Below are positions 11,132 through 20,816 of a stretch of DNA of 64,000 nucleotides, piece by piece. Position 1 is the first letter of the stretch, and each line of letters begins with the position of its first letter. Source of the stretch: Obrimoposthia wandeli (lineage: Eukaryota); the NCBI GenBank assembly GCA_977020255.1, contig CDROCS010002105.1:372001-436000 (forward strand), given 5' to 3'. The notes beneath the pieces are model-generated. The model ran no database searches. It worked only from the letters and a program-made list of their open reading frames with translations, and was not told the DNA's origin. The position numbers and the translations under genes are program-made.

Positions 11132-11164
11132 ATTCTGCGTCAAGTTAATTGGGATATAACAGGC

Positions 11165-12160
11165 TTACAGTTTAACCAGCATTTTTCCTTTGTTCTTACC
11201 TTCAAACAGTCCGATAAATGCATTAGGCGCTTCAGCTAAGCCTTCGTAGACAGTTTCTTCCCATTTGATTTTACCTTCAGCAATCCATTGACCCATTTGC
11301 TGTGCGAATTCACCGTAGTGCGCCCAGTGGTCGAATACAATGAAGCCTTCAACTTTTAATTTTTTGATAATAAGCATGGCAAGGTTAGTAGGACCAGCCT
11401 GAGGTTCGGTCGCATTGTATTGAGAAATCATGCCACATACCGCTATACGGCCGTAGTCACTCATGTTTGCCAATGCAGCTTCAAGGTGCTCACCACCTAC
11501 ATTCTCAAAGTACACATCGATACCTTGCGGTGCCGCTTTTGCTAATGCTTCAGTTAGGTTTGATTCTTTCTTATAGTTAATAACAACATCGACACCTAGG
11601 CTTTTAAGCAGTGCTACTTTATCGTCAGAACCTGTTGAACCAACAACGGTACAGCCGTGCATTTTGGCTATCTGACAAGCAACGCTACCCACTGCGCCAG
11701 AAGCTGCAGAAATGAAAACAGTATCTGTTGGTTTCAAGTTTGCGATACGGAACAGGCCTGTCCATGCTGTCATACCGGGCATGCCCATAATGCCTAAGAA
11801 ACTTTGATCGGGTAGTGGTGTAACAGGGAGTGCGGTTAAACCGTTTCCGTTACTGATGTAATGGCTGCGCCAACCTTGCATGCTGTTTACTTTGGTGCCA
11901 ACAGGGAATTCAGTATTTTTCGATTCAATGACTTCACCAATTGCACCACCTTCTAATGCTTCACCTATCTGGAAAGGGGCAATGTAACTAGCGCGATCCA
12001 TCATGCGACCACGCATGTAAGGGTCAACAGACATCCAAAGGTTCTTTACTAATACTTCACCATCTTGTATTTCAGGGAGCGTATTTTGAGCTAATGCAAA
12101 GTTTTCAGCTGAAGGAATGCCTGTAGGGCGAGAAGCTAATTGAATTTCTTGAATGTTCAT
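11165..12160 (-). CDS. NADP-dependent oxidoreductase (CurA/prostaglandin reductase-like, MDR family)
   Basis: LASRPTG.P, SVDPYMRGRM, GMPGMTAW, VFISAASGAVGS, GIDVYFENVGG, GRIAVCGMISQYN. Confidence 0.9.
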   Translation of the reverse strand: MNIQEIQLASRPTGIPSAENFALAQNTLPEIQDGEVLVKNLWMSVDPYMRGRMMDRASYIAPFQIGEALEGGAIGEVIESKNTEFPVGTKVNSMQGWRSHYISNGNGLTALPVTPLPDQSFLGIMGMPGMTAWTGLFRIANLKPTDTVFISAASGAVGSVACQIAKMHGCTVVGSTGSDDKVALLKSLGVDVVINYKKESNLTEALAKAAPQGIDVYFENVGGEHLEAALANMSDYGRIAVCGMISQYNATEPQAGPTNLAMLIIKKLKVEGFIVFDHWAHYGEFAQQMGQWIAEGKIKWEETVYEGLAEAPNAFIGLFEGKNKGKMLVKL

Positions 12161-12288
12161 TATGTCTTCCTTTGAAGGATTTTAAGTAACAGTAGCAGCT
12201 TCTTTTCATTTTGTTCAAAAGCTTACTGTTTGTTTAAACGTTACGGTTTGTTCAAAAAGTAAGGGGTAATTACTTTCTCCGCAAATAC

Positions 12289-12379
12289 TTTGCGCGCTAA
12301 CTAAATCTGTTTTTTAAGTTACACCCACTTTTAATTTTGTGCAATAGTTTTGTGTAAAAATATTTTGCGCACTAAGTAA
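12289..12379. promoter_or_regulatory. Two candidate OhrR/MarR operator sites
   Basis: TTTGCGCGCTAACTAA (12289-12304) and TTTGCGCACTAAGTAA (12364-12379), 14/16 identical, between the divergent oxidoreductase and MarR genes. Confidence 0.55.
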
Positions 12380-12512
12380 TTTTGTGCTCACTATATTACT
12401 GTGATGCAATACGCGTTATTATGCGGAATATAAGAAGCAGAGTAGATACAACCAGTATCGCTGAGATGAAAATGATCACTTATCAAGTGATTGTATGCCG
12501 GAGAGGGAAAGA

Positions 12513-12935
12513 ATGTCTCAACAGTTATCAGATAATGTGTGCTTTGCACTCTATACGGCGACCAATGCATTAGTTCGCGCATATCGCCCGTTGTTAGATG
12601 AGTTTGATCTCACTTACCCACAGTACATCGTTATGCAATCTTTGTGGTATAACAATGATGTAAGCCTGACAGAGCTGTCTCATGATACTCATCTCGATCC
12701 AGGTACATTAACCCCGATTGTGAAGCGTTTAGAAGGCAAAAAAATGCTTACTCGGCAAGTATCACCCGTTGATGAGCGTAAAAAAGTGATCTCATTAACT
12801 TTGACTGGGCGAGAGTTACAAGAAAAAGCGAAAGATTTGAAACAACAGCTTCGTCAGAAATCGAGTATGGATGCATCTCGAGTAGAAGAACTTCGATTAC
12901 ATTGTTTAGAGTTGGCTAAAAACCTTCAAAAGTAA
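12513..12935 (+). CDS. MarR family transcriptional regulator (OhrR-like)
   Basis: CFALY.ATNA..RAYRPLL..FDLTYPQY.VM..LW, LDPGTLTPIVKRLE, DER; start MSQQ at 12513 (ORF track 12495). Confidence 0.9.
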   Translation: MSQQLSDNVCFALYTATNALVRAYRPLLDEFDLTYPQYIVMQSLWYNNDVSLTELSHDTHLDPGTLTPIVKRLEGKKMLTRQVSPVDERKKVISLTLTGRELQEKAKDLKQQLRQKSSMDASRVEELRLHCLELAKNLQK

Positions 12936-12958
12936 CTTGGGTATAGTTATTTATAGTC

Positions 12959-13006
12959 ACTCGCCATCGGTAATAACCAGTATTAAGCAGTTATGAGATG
13001 GCGAGT
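12959..13006. terminator. Long hairpin between convergent genes
   Basis: ACTCGCCATC...GATGGCGAGT with an inner ATAAC/GTTAT pairing. Confidence 0.55.
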
Positions 13007-13043
13007 AAAAGAGTTGATTTATCATTAAGCTTTATCTAACCCA

Positions 13044-13259
13044 TTATCTTTGTTTAAAACGATAATAGCCGTTTATCCAGCATTCTGGTAATTGCTCGCC
13101 AGATGGAAAAGCCAAATTCTGTTTGTCTATCGCAACAGGATCGGCCAAATCTTCCCCTGATTGGTATTGAACATCTACTTGTTGAGTGAAAGGGTTTATT
13201 AAAGACCCCATATCAATTACATCTACTAGATCACCAGTACGAGTCTCTTTAAGAAACAT
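13044..13259 (-). CDS. Small conserved hypothetical protein (family often auto-annotated 'acetyltransferase')
   Basis: 71 aa; AGGAG RBS; pattern MFLK...GDLV.V.D...L.NPF...GE.L.DP....K..L.FPSGE.LP.CW is recognisable as a conserved small-protein family. Confidence 0.7.
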   Translation of the reverse strand: MFLKETRTGDLVDVIDMGSLINPFTQQVDVQYQSGEDLADPVAIDKQNLAFPSGEQLPECWINGYYRFKQR

Positions 13260-13590
13260 AGCGGGATTCTCCTTGACGACATTTGTCTAAAATTCGATAA
13301 GCCAAAGTCATGACCATTGTTAAGTAATTATGGCTGATTTTAATGATTAGGCGATATTGTCGTTAAAATTGATAACGTGAGTGATCTGGCATTTGGGGTA
13401 ATCGTTACCTGTTTAAACTAGAGCGATATCACGAATTGGTACTTTTTCCGTTAGCTTTGTTGTACGTATTGCTCTTACCCCTTAATTATTCAGTATATTA
13501 TATCTAAGTTACCTTACGGTGCTGAATTCTCGCTTAAGCGATCATTATGAGGTAACGATGGTATATAACGATAAAACTTCTGGAGTAGCA

Positions 13591-14496
13591 ATGAGTCAGT
13601 ATTATTGGGGCGTTGATCTAGGTGGAACGAAGATTGAGTGTGCCGTGATGTCACGAAAAGATGATCAGTGTGTGTTGCGTAAGCGAGTCGCCACTGAAGG
13701 AAGTAAAGGTTATGCCCATATTCTACAACGTATCAAGTCTCTTATTGATACGTGTGCCGAATCTGTCGGTGAATACCCTGATGCTATTGGGTTTGGTACA
13801 CCTGGCGCGTTAGATCCTCAAACAGGTGTAATGAAAAACTGCAATTCCACAGCACTGAATGGCCAGCCTTTTGATAAAGATCTCTCAGAAATGCTGGGGA
13901 CTAAAGTTGTACTTGCAAATGATGCCAATTGTTTTGCGTTAGCGGAAGCCCGCTTAGGTGTTGTGAAACGCTTAAAGCCTGATGCTGAGGTCGTATTCGG
14001 TATCATTATGGGTACAGGTGTTGGTTCTGGTGTTGTTGTTAATGGCAAGCTGATAAACGGGCGACACGGCATTGCAGGCGAGTGGGGGCATAATGTATTA
14101 GAACCTAATGGTGCACTATGTTACTGCGGTAAAGAAGGCTGTTTAGAAACAGTGATTTCAGGAAAGGGCTTAGAAGCGCACTACAAAAGTCTTGCCAAAG
14201 AAGAGCATTCTTTACCTGAAATCGTGAAATTGGCAGAAACTGGTAATAGTTTTGCTCAGCATACATTAACGCGATTAATCGATAAATTTGGCTTGGCTGT
14301 TGCGCAAATTATTAACGTTATTGACCCCGATGTGATTGTAGTGGGCGGTGGTGTGGGTAATATCGAGGCACTTTATGAACACGCCCCACAAGCGATTAAA
14401 CGCCATTTGTTTAACCCAATATTAGATACACTTATCGTTAAACCAGATTTGGGTGATAGCGCAGGTGTGTTTGGTGCTGCAATGTTGGTGAAATAA
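13591..14496 (+). CDS. ROK family sugar kinase (Mak/fructokinase-like)
   Basis: GVDLGGTKIE, ANDANCFALAE, GTGVGSG, GEWGH, CYCGKEGCLE; start MSQY at 13591 with GGAG RBS. Confidence 0.9.
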   Translation: MSQYYWGVDLGGTKIECAVMSRKDDQCVLRKRVATEGSKGYAHILQRIKSLIDTCAESVGEYPDAIGFGTPGALDPQTGVMKNCNSTALNGQPFDKDLSEMLGTKVVLANDANCFALAEARLGVVKRLKPDAEVVFGIIMGTGVGSGVVVNGKLINGRHGIAGEWGHNVLEPNGALCYCGKEGCLETVISGKGLEAHYKSLAKEEHSLPEIVKLAETGNSFAQHTLTRLIDKFGLAVAQIINVIDPDVIVVGGGVGNIEALYEHAPQAIKRHLFNPILDTLIVKPDLGDSAGVFGAAMLVK

Positions 14497-14522
14497 GCGC
14501 TTTGCCCAGAGTCCAACAAATT

Positions 14523-14560
14523 CTCGCTGAAACGAGCATCTTGAGGTAACTTGGGTCTAG
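14523..14560. repeat. Isolated terminus of a short MITE/ERIC-like repeat
   Basis: CTCGCTGAAACGAGCATCTTGAGGTAACTTGGGTCTAG; the last 15 nt match 12932-12946 (GTAACTTGGGTATAG) at 14/15; resembles repeat ends I recall from Vibrionaceae. Confidence 0.4.
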
Positions 14561-14632
14561 AAGGGAGTAATTATTGCTGATCATCAGCATGTCATTACTC
14601 CCTTACATTTAAGTGTCGATTTAGGTTTCAGT

Positions 14633-15679
14633 TTAGAATACGAAATTCAGCATAACAGTGTACAACTGAGCATCTTTGTCTTCACCGTAAGCGATTGGTG
14701 GTGTAACGAATTGCCCTGAATTCATCGCGTTGTAATCTTCACTATCCATAAAAATGTTCTGCCATTCAGCATTAATAGAGATTGTGTGCGTGATATCGTA
14801 TCTTACGCCTGTCGTAATGCTATTGCTTTTTCGGCGTTGGTGGCTCTCTCCATACACTACATAAGGGGTAAACTTATCGATATTATAAGAAGCGCTTGTA
14901 TACCAATTCGTTTGAATATCGTCTGTTTCTACTTCTGCCATAAAATTCCACTGATCAAGTGAATATTCAGCCCCTAACGTATAGATGTTTAATATTTCAT
15001 AGGTTGGTGATGGAATTATTCGATATTTTGCATTCATATAGCTCATATGAATACGATAATTAAAGCCACTCATATCGAATGAAATACCTGCCACTCGCTC
15101 TGTATCAAATTCTAGCGTTACACTATCGTAATCCGTTTTATTGGTATTCGAAAAACCATAATATGGCATTGCAGTTAGCACTATTTCATCGGAGAATTCA
15201 TATTCCCAACTCACCGAAAGGCCATCAAAGTAATTGAACCCTAAAATACTATCGTAGACCTCTTGAGGTGGTCGTGCCCATGTGTAAGCCTGCCCTACAT
15301 AGTAATATTCAGACGCAAGAAAGAGAGGCAGTCGTAGACGCCCGGCTTTAAATGATAAGCTGTTATAATGGTAAGCGAGATAAGCCCATTCTACTTCTGG
15401 CTCAGACCAATTATCTTGAGGGCGTTTAACGACTTGAACAGAGGCGCTTAATTCATCCCATATTGCCCAGTCAGCTTGCAAACCAAATGTTGTATCACAA
15501 TCGTAGCAAGTGTCATCAGTAATTTCTCGGTTTACAAAAAGTGGTGTTTTGTTATCTGACTGAGTAATAGATGTTGAGCCAAAACCACTGATTGAAAAGT
15601 TATCAGTTACATCGATTGCAGCTTGCGAGCTGAACGGAAGCGCAGTGATCATAGCGATTGATAAAAGTGTTTTATTCAT
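14633..15679 (-). CDS. Outer-membrane beta-barrel/porin-like protein
   Basis: Signal peptide, SISGFGS, EVEWAYLAY, AGRLRLPLFLASEY..VG.AY.WARPP.EVY, C-terminal ...LNFVF with terminal Phe. Confidence 0.8.
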   Translation of the reverse strand: MNKTLLSIAMITALPFSSQAAIDVTDNFSISGFGSTSITQSDNKTPLFVNREITDDTCYDCDTTFGLQADWAIWDELSASVQVVKRPQDNWSEPEVEWAYLAYHYNSLSFKAGRLRLPLFLASEYYYVGQAYTWARPPQEVYDSILGFNYFDGLSVSWEYEFSDEIVLTAMPYYGFSNTNKTDYDSVTLEFDTERVAGISFDMSGFNYRIHMSYMNAKYRIIPSPTYEILNIYTLGAEYSLDQWNFMAEVETDDIQTNWYTSASYNIDKFTPYVVYGESHQRRKSNSITTGVRYDITHTISINAEWQNIFMDSEDYNAMNSGQFVTPPIAYGEDKDAQLYTVMLNFVF

Positions 15680-15683
15680 TGTC

Positions 15684-16169
15684 TTACTCTCCTTGTAAGA
15701 TAGTGATTAAAATATTGGCGTTTTCCGGCACTGATTCGATGGGAGCGTACGCAATACCATTTGGATTATTATTCAACCATTCAATAATACTTTTAATATC
15801 ATCACTATTAAGCTCTTCTGGTGCTTTACCTTTACCTGAAAATGATAAACTTGCCCAATATCCATTCATCTGGGATATGGATTTACCCAATAACATAGAA
15901 TAAAAATCTTCTCTATGAATAGAGGTTTCAGGCAAATCAACTAATATAATTTTTAAACTACCATTTATTTTTTTTGTTTTTCCTTTATAGATCATTCTCG
16001 CTTTGCTTTTACTTAAAGCGGGAATATCACTATTCATCGAAAATACGGCAAACTCTACTTCCTTATTGGTAGAACTACTTTTTGCATTAATATAGGATGA
16101 AAATAATGTGATGAACATTCCAAATAAGAATGTTATAAAAACTTGTTTACCAAGAAAATCCTTCTTCAT
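15684..16169 (-). CDS. Small periplasmic protein, phosphate-binding-protein-like fold (family often annotated as 'phosphate ABC transporter substrate-binding')
   Basis: Signal-like N-terminus, R.DFY..LLGKS..QM..YWA.L.FSGKG..P, NPNGIAY. Confidence 0.7.
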   Translation of the reverse strand: MKKDFLGKQVFITFLFGMFITLFSSYINAKSSSTNKEVEFAVFSMNSDIPALSKSKARMIYKGKTKKINGSLKIILVDLPETSIHREDFYSMLLGKSISQMNGYWASLSFSGKGKAPEELNSDDIKSIIEWLNNNPNGIAYAPIESVPENANILITILQGE

Positions 16170-16273
16170 TGATTTTTTCCATATCAGTGACTACTAAACC
16201 TACTATACATAATAGTAGACATTATTGTGACTACAAACAGACATTGGTCTGAGTTCACATTCAAGGAGAGAAT

Positions 16274-19000
16274 ATGGGCTTTTTGAACAAAATATCCATT
16301 AAATCAAGACTTTTTCTGTTAGTAGGGTTACCGCTACTGTTCATGAGTGTATTTTCTGGATTGGAAATAAAAAAATTGTACGGTGATGTACAATCGTTAA
16401 ATCTGCTGAGTAGCAGAATTGAGCTACTGAAAGAGCAATATATAATTTCGTCACAGGTTCACATACTCAAAACAAAAAGATTAATGGGTGATACTGAACC
16501 CTATGAATTCAATGCTCTATCTGAGGCGATTGATCGTGCTTTTTTGTTATTACCCCAAGCATTCACAGAAAGTGAGAAAAAAGGGGCAGAGAATATATTA
16601 AAAGAGATGGATGAAGCGAAACTTGAGCTACAGTCTACAAAGAAAGAAGATTTAAATGATTGGTCTGTATGGTTTGACGATCTTGTTAGTCAATTTTTAA
16701 CGACTTTTGAAAAAAATAGAGTGGATGCCGGAAGCATAGATATAGCTAAAAATACCGAAGTACTTTATCAATTGCAGTGGTTGTTTTTTTGGGCACAAGA
16801 AGAAAATTGGTTCATTCATCAATATAAAGAAACGAACAATGATGAGTTTAAACAGTTATTATTGACGGTGATTGAACGTCAGCAGCTTTTTATTGATCGA
16901 TTTATCGCAATTAGTGCCAGCCCGAAACAAATTGATCTATTACTTAAAACGTTTGCAAACCCTGCTTTTGCTGACAGTTATAAATTGCGAGAGGGAATCT
17001 TAACGGGAAAAATGGAAGAGAGTGAGATAACGACAGGGCTGCAAGCTTTTAATGACAGATTTTCCTTAATTCAACATGTTGTACAAGCCGTGAGTATCTC
17101 GCTAGTTGATGATATTCAAACAACCACGACAGACATCAAAACGTTAATGAATGCGTATCTTGCTGCAATCTTATTATCGATGATAATAATGTGTTACCTA
17201 GGAACCAATTTATCGCGACGCATTCTCTTTTACTTGAGCCGTGTTATCCAAACGATGTCAAAAATAGAAGAAGATCATAATGCAGCTTTGAAAGTGAAGT
17301 CTGATGGTAATGATGAATTCACAGTATTTACGTCTAAGTTAAATCAATTACTTGAAGATCGTCATTTCAGCCAAGCGAATATTATAAAGGCGAAAGAAGA
17401 AGCAGAGAAGGCTAACGTAGCTAAAAGCTCTTTCTTAGCCAATATGTCTCACGAAATACGTACACCATTGAATGGTATTATAGGGATGTCAGGCATTCTT
17501 TCCGATACTGAGCTTAACCCTTCTCAGGCGGAATATTTGCAAACCATCGAAACCTCTTCGCAAACATTGTTGTTGCTGATTAATGACATTCTTGATTTAT
17601 CTAAAATAGAATCAGGAAACTTGGTGCTTTCACCTCATGAGTCAAATATTGCTGAAGTTGTTTACGACACGGTTACTATTGTTCAAGCAAAAGCATCGGA
17701 ACAAGAGCTTAACCTTCAAATTCAATTAGACCCTGATTTACCGACGTCTGTTATGTTGGATGAGCACAGATTACGACAAGTACTGATGAATTTGATGTCT
17801 AATGCTGTGAAGTTCACCTTACAAGGTTCTGTGACATTATCGATAACGTATACAGATATTGGTGATAAAAAAGCGTCGTTGCTCTTTTCTATAAAAGATA
17901 CGGGAATTGGCATCGAAAAAGATAAACAACAGCAAGTCTTTGCACCGTTTACGCAAGAAGATGGTTCGATCACTCGCCAGTTTGGTGGTACAGGGTTAGG
18001 GTTGGCAATTTGTCGTCAGCTAGTTGAGTTGCTGGGTGGTTCGATTGAATTGAAATCAGAAAAGGGGCTGGGTAGTGATTTTTACTTCAGTTTAGACGTT
18101 GATGTCGTTAAATATCAGCCTAAACTTGTCCCTAATTTTGAGAATAAGAAATGTCTGCTTTTATCAAATCAAACGTCAAATGCCGATCTCATCGAGGTTG
18201 AATGTAAAAAATGGGGATTAAATGTCACTGTCTCTGATATAGATACGGCAGCCGTATCGGGTATATCACAACAATATGATTTGATTTTATATTGTCAAAA
18301 GACTTTAAATCGTACGATTAAAGATATTGAACTATTTAATCGTATTCAAGGTAGACCAGCACTCGTTATTTGTTCTCAACTTCAAGATGAGCAATTTGAT
18401 TTTGGTAGTACGATTGATGGTTTAACGATTTTACCGTTGCTTGGTAAGCGATTCGTAAAAGCGATTAATAACGCGTTTATAAATGTAGTTAAGAATAGAA
18501 GTATACAAGCCAACGCTGCGTTGAATCCTGATAGTAGTTTGGTTGGCATAAAATCTGAGAGCATAAATACGACTTCTATCATTACAGAGAATCAAATATT
18601 AGAGCAAACAGATGCAGATATTATTTTGATCGTTGAAGATAACATTGTTAACCAGAAGGTTGCTTCGCTCTTGTTAAAAAAAGCGGGTTATCAAATTGTT
18701 ATCGCTAATAATGGACAAGAAGCCGTTGATCTTATTACCCAGAAAAACCCCACTATGTTTAAGGCGATTTTAATGGATTGCATGATGCCAATCATGGATG
18801 GCTTTGCGGCAACTAAAGCGATTAGGGGGTGGGAAAAAGAACAGCAAGCAGATCGGTTACCGATTATTGCATTAACAGCAAGTGTTCTAGATGAAGATAT
18901 CAGTAAATGTTACGAAGCAGGAATGGATGATTATGTTGCTAAGCCATTTCGTAAAGAACATTTATTAGACAAGTTAGAAAGTTTAAATGAAGTGGCATAA
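16274..19000 (+). CDS. Hybrid sensor histidine kinase/response regulator with periplasmic helical (NIT-like) sensor domain
   Basis: Two TM segments, HAMP-like linker, H-box FLANMSHEIRTPLNG, N-box SNAVKFT, DTGIGI, GGTGLGL, receiver ILMDCMMPIMDG; no HPt domain seen. Confidence 0.92.
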   Translation: MGFLNKISIKSRLFLLVGLPLLFMSVFSGLEIKKLYGDVQSLNLLSSRIELLKEQYIISSQVHILKTKRLMGDTEPYEFNALSEAIDRAFLLLPQAFTESEKKGAENILKEMDEAKLELQSTKKEDLNDWSVWFDDLVSQFLTTFEKNRVDAGSIDIAKNTEVLYQLQWLFFWAQEENWFIHQYKETNNDEFKQLLLTVIERQQLFIDRFIAISASPKQIDLLLKTFANPAFADSYKLREGILTGKMEESEITTGLQAFNDRFSLIQHVVQAVSISLVDDIQTTTTDIKTLMNAYLAAILLSMIIMCYLGTNLSRRILFYLSRVIQTMSKIEEDHNAALKVKSDGNDEFTVFTSKLNQLLEDRHFSQANIIKAKEEAEKANVAKSSFLANMSHEIRTPLNGIIGMSGILSDTELNPSQAEYLQTIETSSQTLLLLINDILDLSKIESGNLVLSPHESNIAEVVYDTVTIVQAKASEQELNLQIQLDPDLPTSVMLDEHRLRQVLMNLMSNAVKFTLQGSVTLSITYTDIGDKKASLLFSIKDTGIGIEKDKQQQVFAPFTQEDGSITRQFGGTGLGLAICRQLVELLGGSIELKSEKGLGSDFYFSLDVDVVKYQPKLVPNFENKKCLLLSNQTSNADLIEVECKKWGLNVTVSDIDTAAVSGISQQYDLILYCQKTLNRTIKDIELFNRIQGRPALVICSQLQDEQFDFGSTIDGLTILPLLGKRFVKAINNAFINVVKNRSIQANAALNPDSSLVGIKSESINTTSIITENQILEQTDADIILIVEDNIVNQKVASLLLKKAGYQIVIANNGQEAVDLITQKNPTMFKAILMDCMMPIMDGFAATKAIRGWEKEQQADRLPIIALTASVLDEDISKCYEAGMDDYVAKPFRKEHLLDKLESLNEVA

Positions 19001-19082
19001 TCAATTAATCAGGAAAAATTGGTTAATTTAATAAGAAAAAGAGACTTTAATGTCTCTTTTTTATTTTATATAAGAACTTTTT

Positions 19083-19100
19083 TGTGCGAGATCTCTTACA
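19083..19100. promoter_or_regulatory. UvrY/VarA/GacA upstream activating box
   Basis: TGTGCGAGATCTCTTACA, an 18-bp near-palindrome matching the csrB/rsmZ activation box, ~150 nt upstream of the sRNA. Confidence 0.8.
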
Positions 19101-19252
19101 AAACTGCAAGAAATACAATATATTTTATAAATCGAATTAAAATGATTTAATTCAGTAGCTTATGTTGATTGATGTATTTACATACTTATGTTCGGTGAGA
19201 AGTGTGATCTCTGTTCGTTGATTAGATTTATAAAACCCGTATTCTTTACTGC

Positions 19253-19642
19253 GTCGGAAGGAACTGACGGAACGGAACAGGAAATTAGCCAGGGAGTTTG
19301 GCAGCCTCAGGATGAGGGCGGTGAATCAGGATGATTTATCGAACATGGATAGTGAAGGGACAATCAAACGGAAGTGATGCAGTAGGTAGGATACTTACTC
19401 GTTAGGAAGACGAAAATGGACCGCTTCAGGATGAAGCAAAGGACACCTCCAGGATGGAGAGAGAGTCGAAACAGGATGATTCGGCGGATCAAGGTAAGAT
19501 CAAAGGACATCTCTAGGATAGAGAAAAAGGACAATGCTGACGGATTACAGCAGTCAATGGAATGATGCAGGGAGCACCATAGTAGCCGGATTGCTGCAAG
19601 TAAGACCTAAGGGCGCGACGAATGTCGCGCCCGCTCTTTTTT
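19253..19642 (+). ncRNA. csrB: CsrB/RsmB family sRNA (CsrA-sequestering)
   Basis: About 27 GGA motifs in ~350 nt, many in AGGAT hairpin loops (cctcAGGATgagg, gcttcAGGATgaagc, ctccAGGATggag, tctctAGGATagaga); sigma70-like TTGATT-16-TATTCT promoter; terminator GGGCGCGAC-GAAT-GTCGCGCCC plus T-tract; no ORF. Confidence 0.92.
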
Positions 19643-20816
19643 AGCTCGCCAATACTTGAGGCTTTTTCTTCAAGCTTGCAAATAGCATATAAATCGCCGT
19701 GCTTAATAATACGATAAAGAAAAAATCCATTAACCCATTCGCTTTAACCAAAAATTTATTGGCTAATAACGGCCCTGTTGCCGAACCAACGCTATAGCTA
19801 AACAACATGATTTGTGTTGCCGCTACAATAAAGTTAGAACCTAGTTCATCACAGGCCAAAGTAATGGCTATCGGATACAAAGCAAATGCAGACATGCCTA
19901 ACAGTGCTAATGCAATTACTGTTGTTAGGTAATCGCTAGTTAAGTGTGTAATCCCCATAGCAAACACGCCGAGTAACGACATCATCGCCAACAGTAGTGT
20001 TTTGCTCATTTTTAATGATAGTGCGCTTACAATAGGTTGAATCATCATGCCACCTAAAATAATCGCAGCCATTAGCACCCCAATTTTATCATTACTCATA
20101 TCGGCCTTACGCAGTGCTAAGGGCATTAAGCCATAAATTGTACCCATAATAACGCCAGAAACTAAGCAACCAATAATAGCTGGTTTGCTTAACCGTGAGA
20201 TTTGCTTAAACCCCATCGTATGGTGTTCTTCACAATTTGGTTGCCCTTGCTTAATAAACAAAGGTGGCAAAATCGCAAATAAAATTAGAGCTAAAATTGC
20301 AATAAATGGTTCAAACCCATTAATACCGAATATGTTGATGCCAAATTGCCCTATAGTCGTACCACCATATAGCGATGTCATATAAATGCCGAGTCGCTTC
20401 GCACGCTCTTTCTTATCGTCACCAATTAATAGCCATGATTCAATCACAACAAATATGCCAGCGACAGCCATACCTGCAAGTAAACGGGCAAATAGCCATA
20501 CTTCTTTATTTGGAAATAAAGGCATAACAGCAACAGTGATCGCTAAGGCCGCAAGGAACATGATAAACGCGATTCGGTGTCCAACTTTGGCAATGATTGG
20601 CTCAATCATCATAGAGCCGATTAATAAGCCAAAATAAAAAATACTGGCTAACCAACTAGCAAAACTTGAGTCTATCTTAAATGATCCCATTGATAGTGGG
20701 ATTAAACTCATTAAATAGCCTGAAGCTATTGCGAAAACAGTTAGTCCGGCAACAGGCACAAAAATACCTTCGCCTTTGCGACAAGTAGTGTTCTGAATCA
20801 CTACCGTGTACTCCAA
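19641..20816 (-). CDS. MFS transporter (YcaD-like)
   Basis: About 12 hydrophobic segments, GYLMSLIPL, GIFVVIESWL, R...LG.YM..LYGG..IGQ, FALYPIAI; true start may be a few codons downstream. Confidence 0.88.
   Translation of the reverse strand: MEYTVVIQNTTCRKGEGIFVPVAGLTVFAIASGYLMSLIPLSMGSFKIDSSFASWLASIFYFGLLIGSMMIEPIIAKVGHRIAFIMFLAALAITVAVMPLFPNKEVWLFARLLAGMAVAGIFVVIESWLLIGDDKKERAKRLGIYMTSLYGGTTIGQFGINIFGINGFEPFIAILALILFAILPPLFIKQGQPNCEEHHTMGFKQISRLSKPAIIGCLVSGVIMGTIYGLMPLALRKADMSNDKIGVLMAAIILGGMMIQPIVSALSLKMSKTLLLAMMSLLGVFAMGITHLTSDYLTTVIALALLGMSAFALYPIAITLACDELGSNFIVAATQIMLFSYSVGSATGPLLANKFLVKANGLMDFFFIVLLSTAIYMLFASLKKKPQVLAS

Noticed and set aside
19253-19610. CRISPR-like array suggested by repeated CAGGATG motifs
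   Set aside because: The repeats are only 5-7 nt with irregular spacing, and there are no unique spacers or cas genes; CsrB explains them fully.
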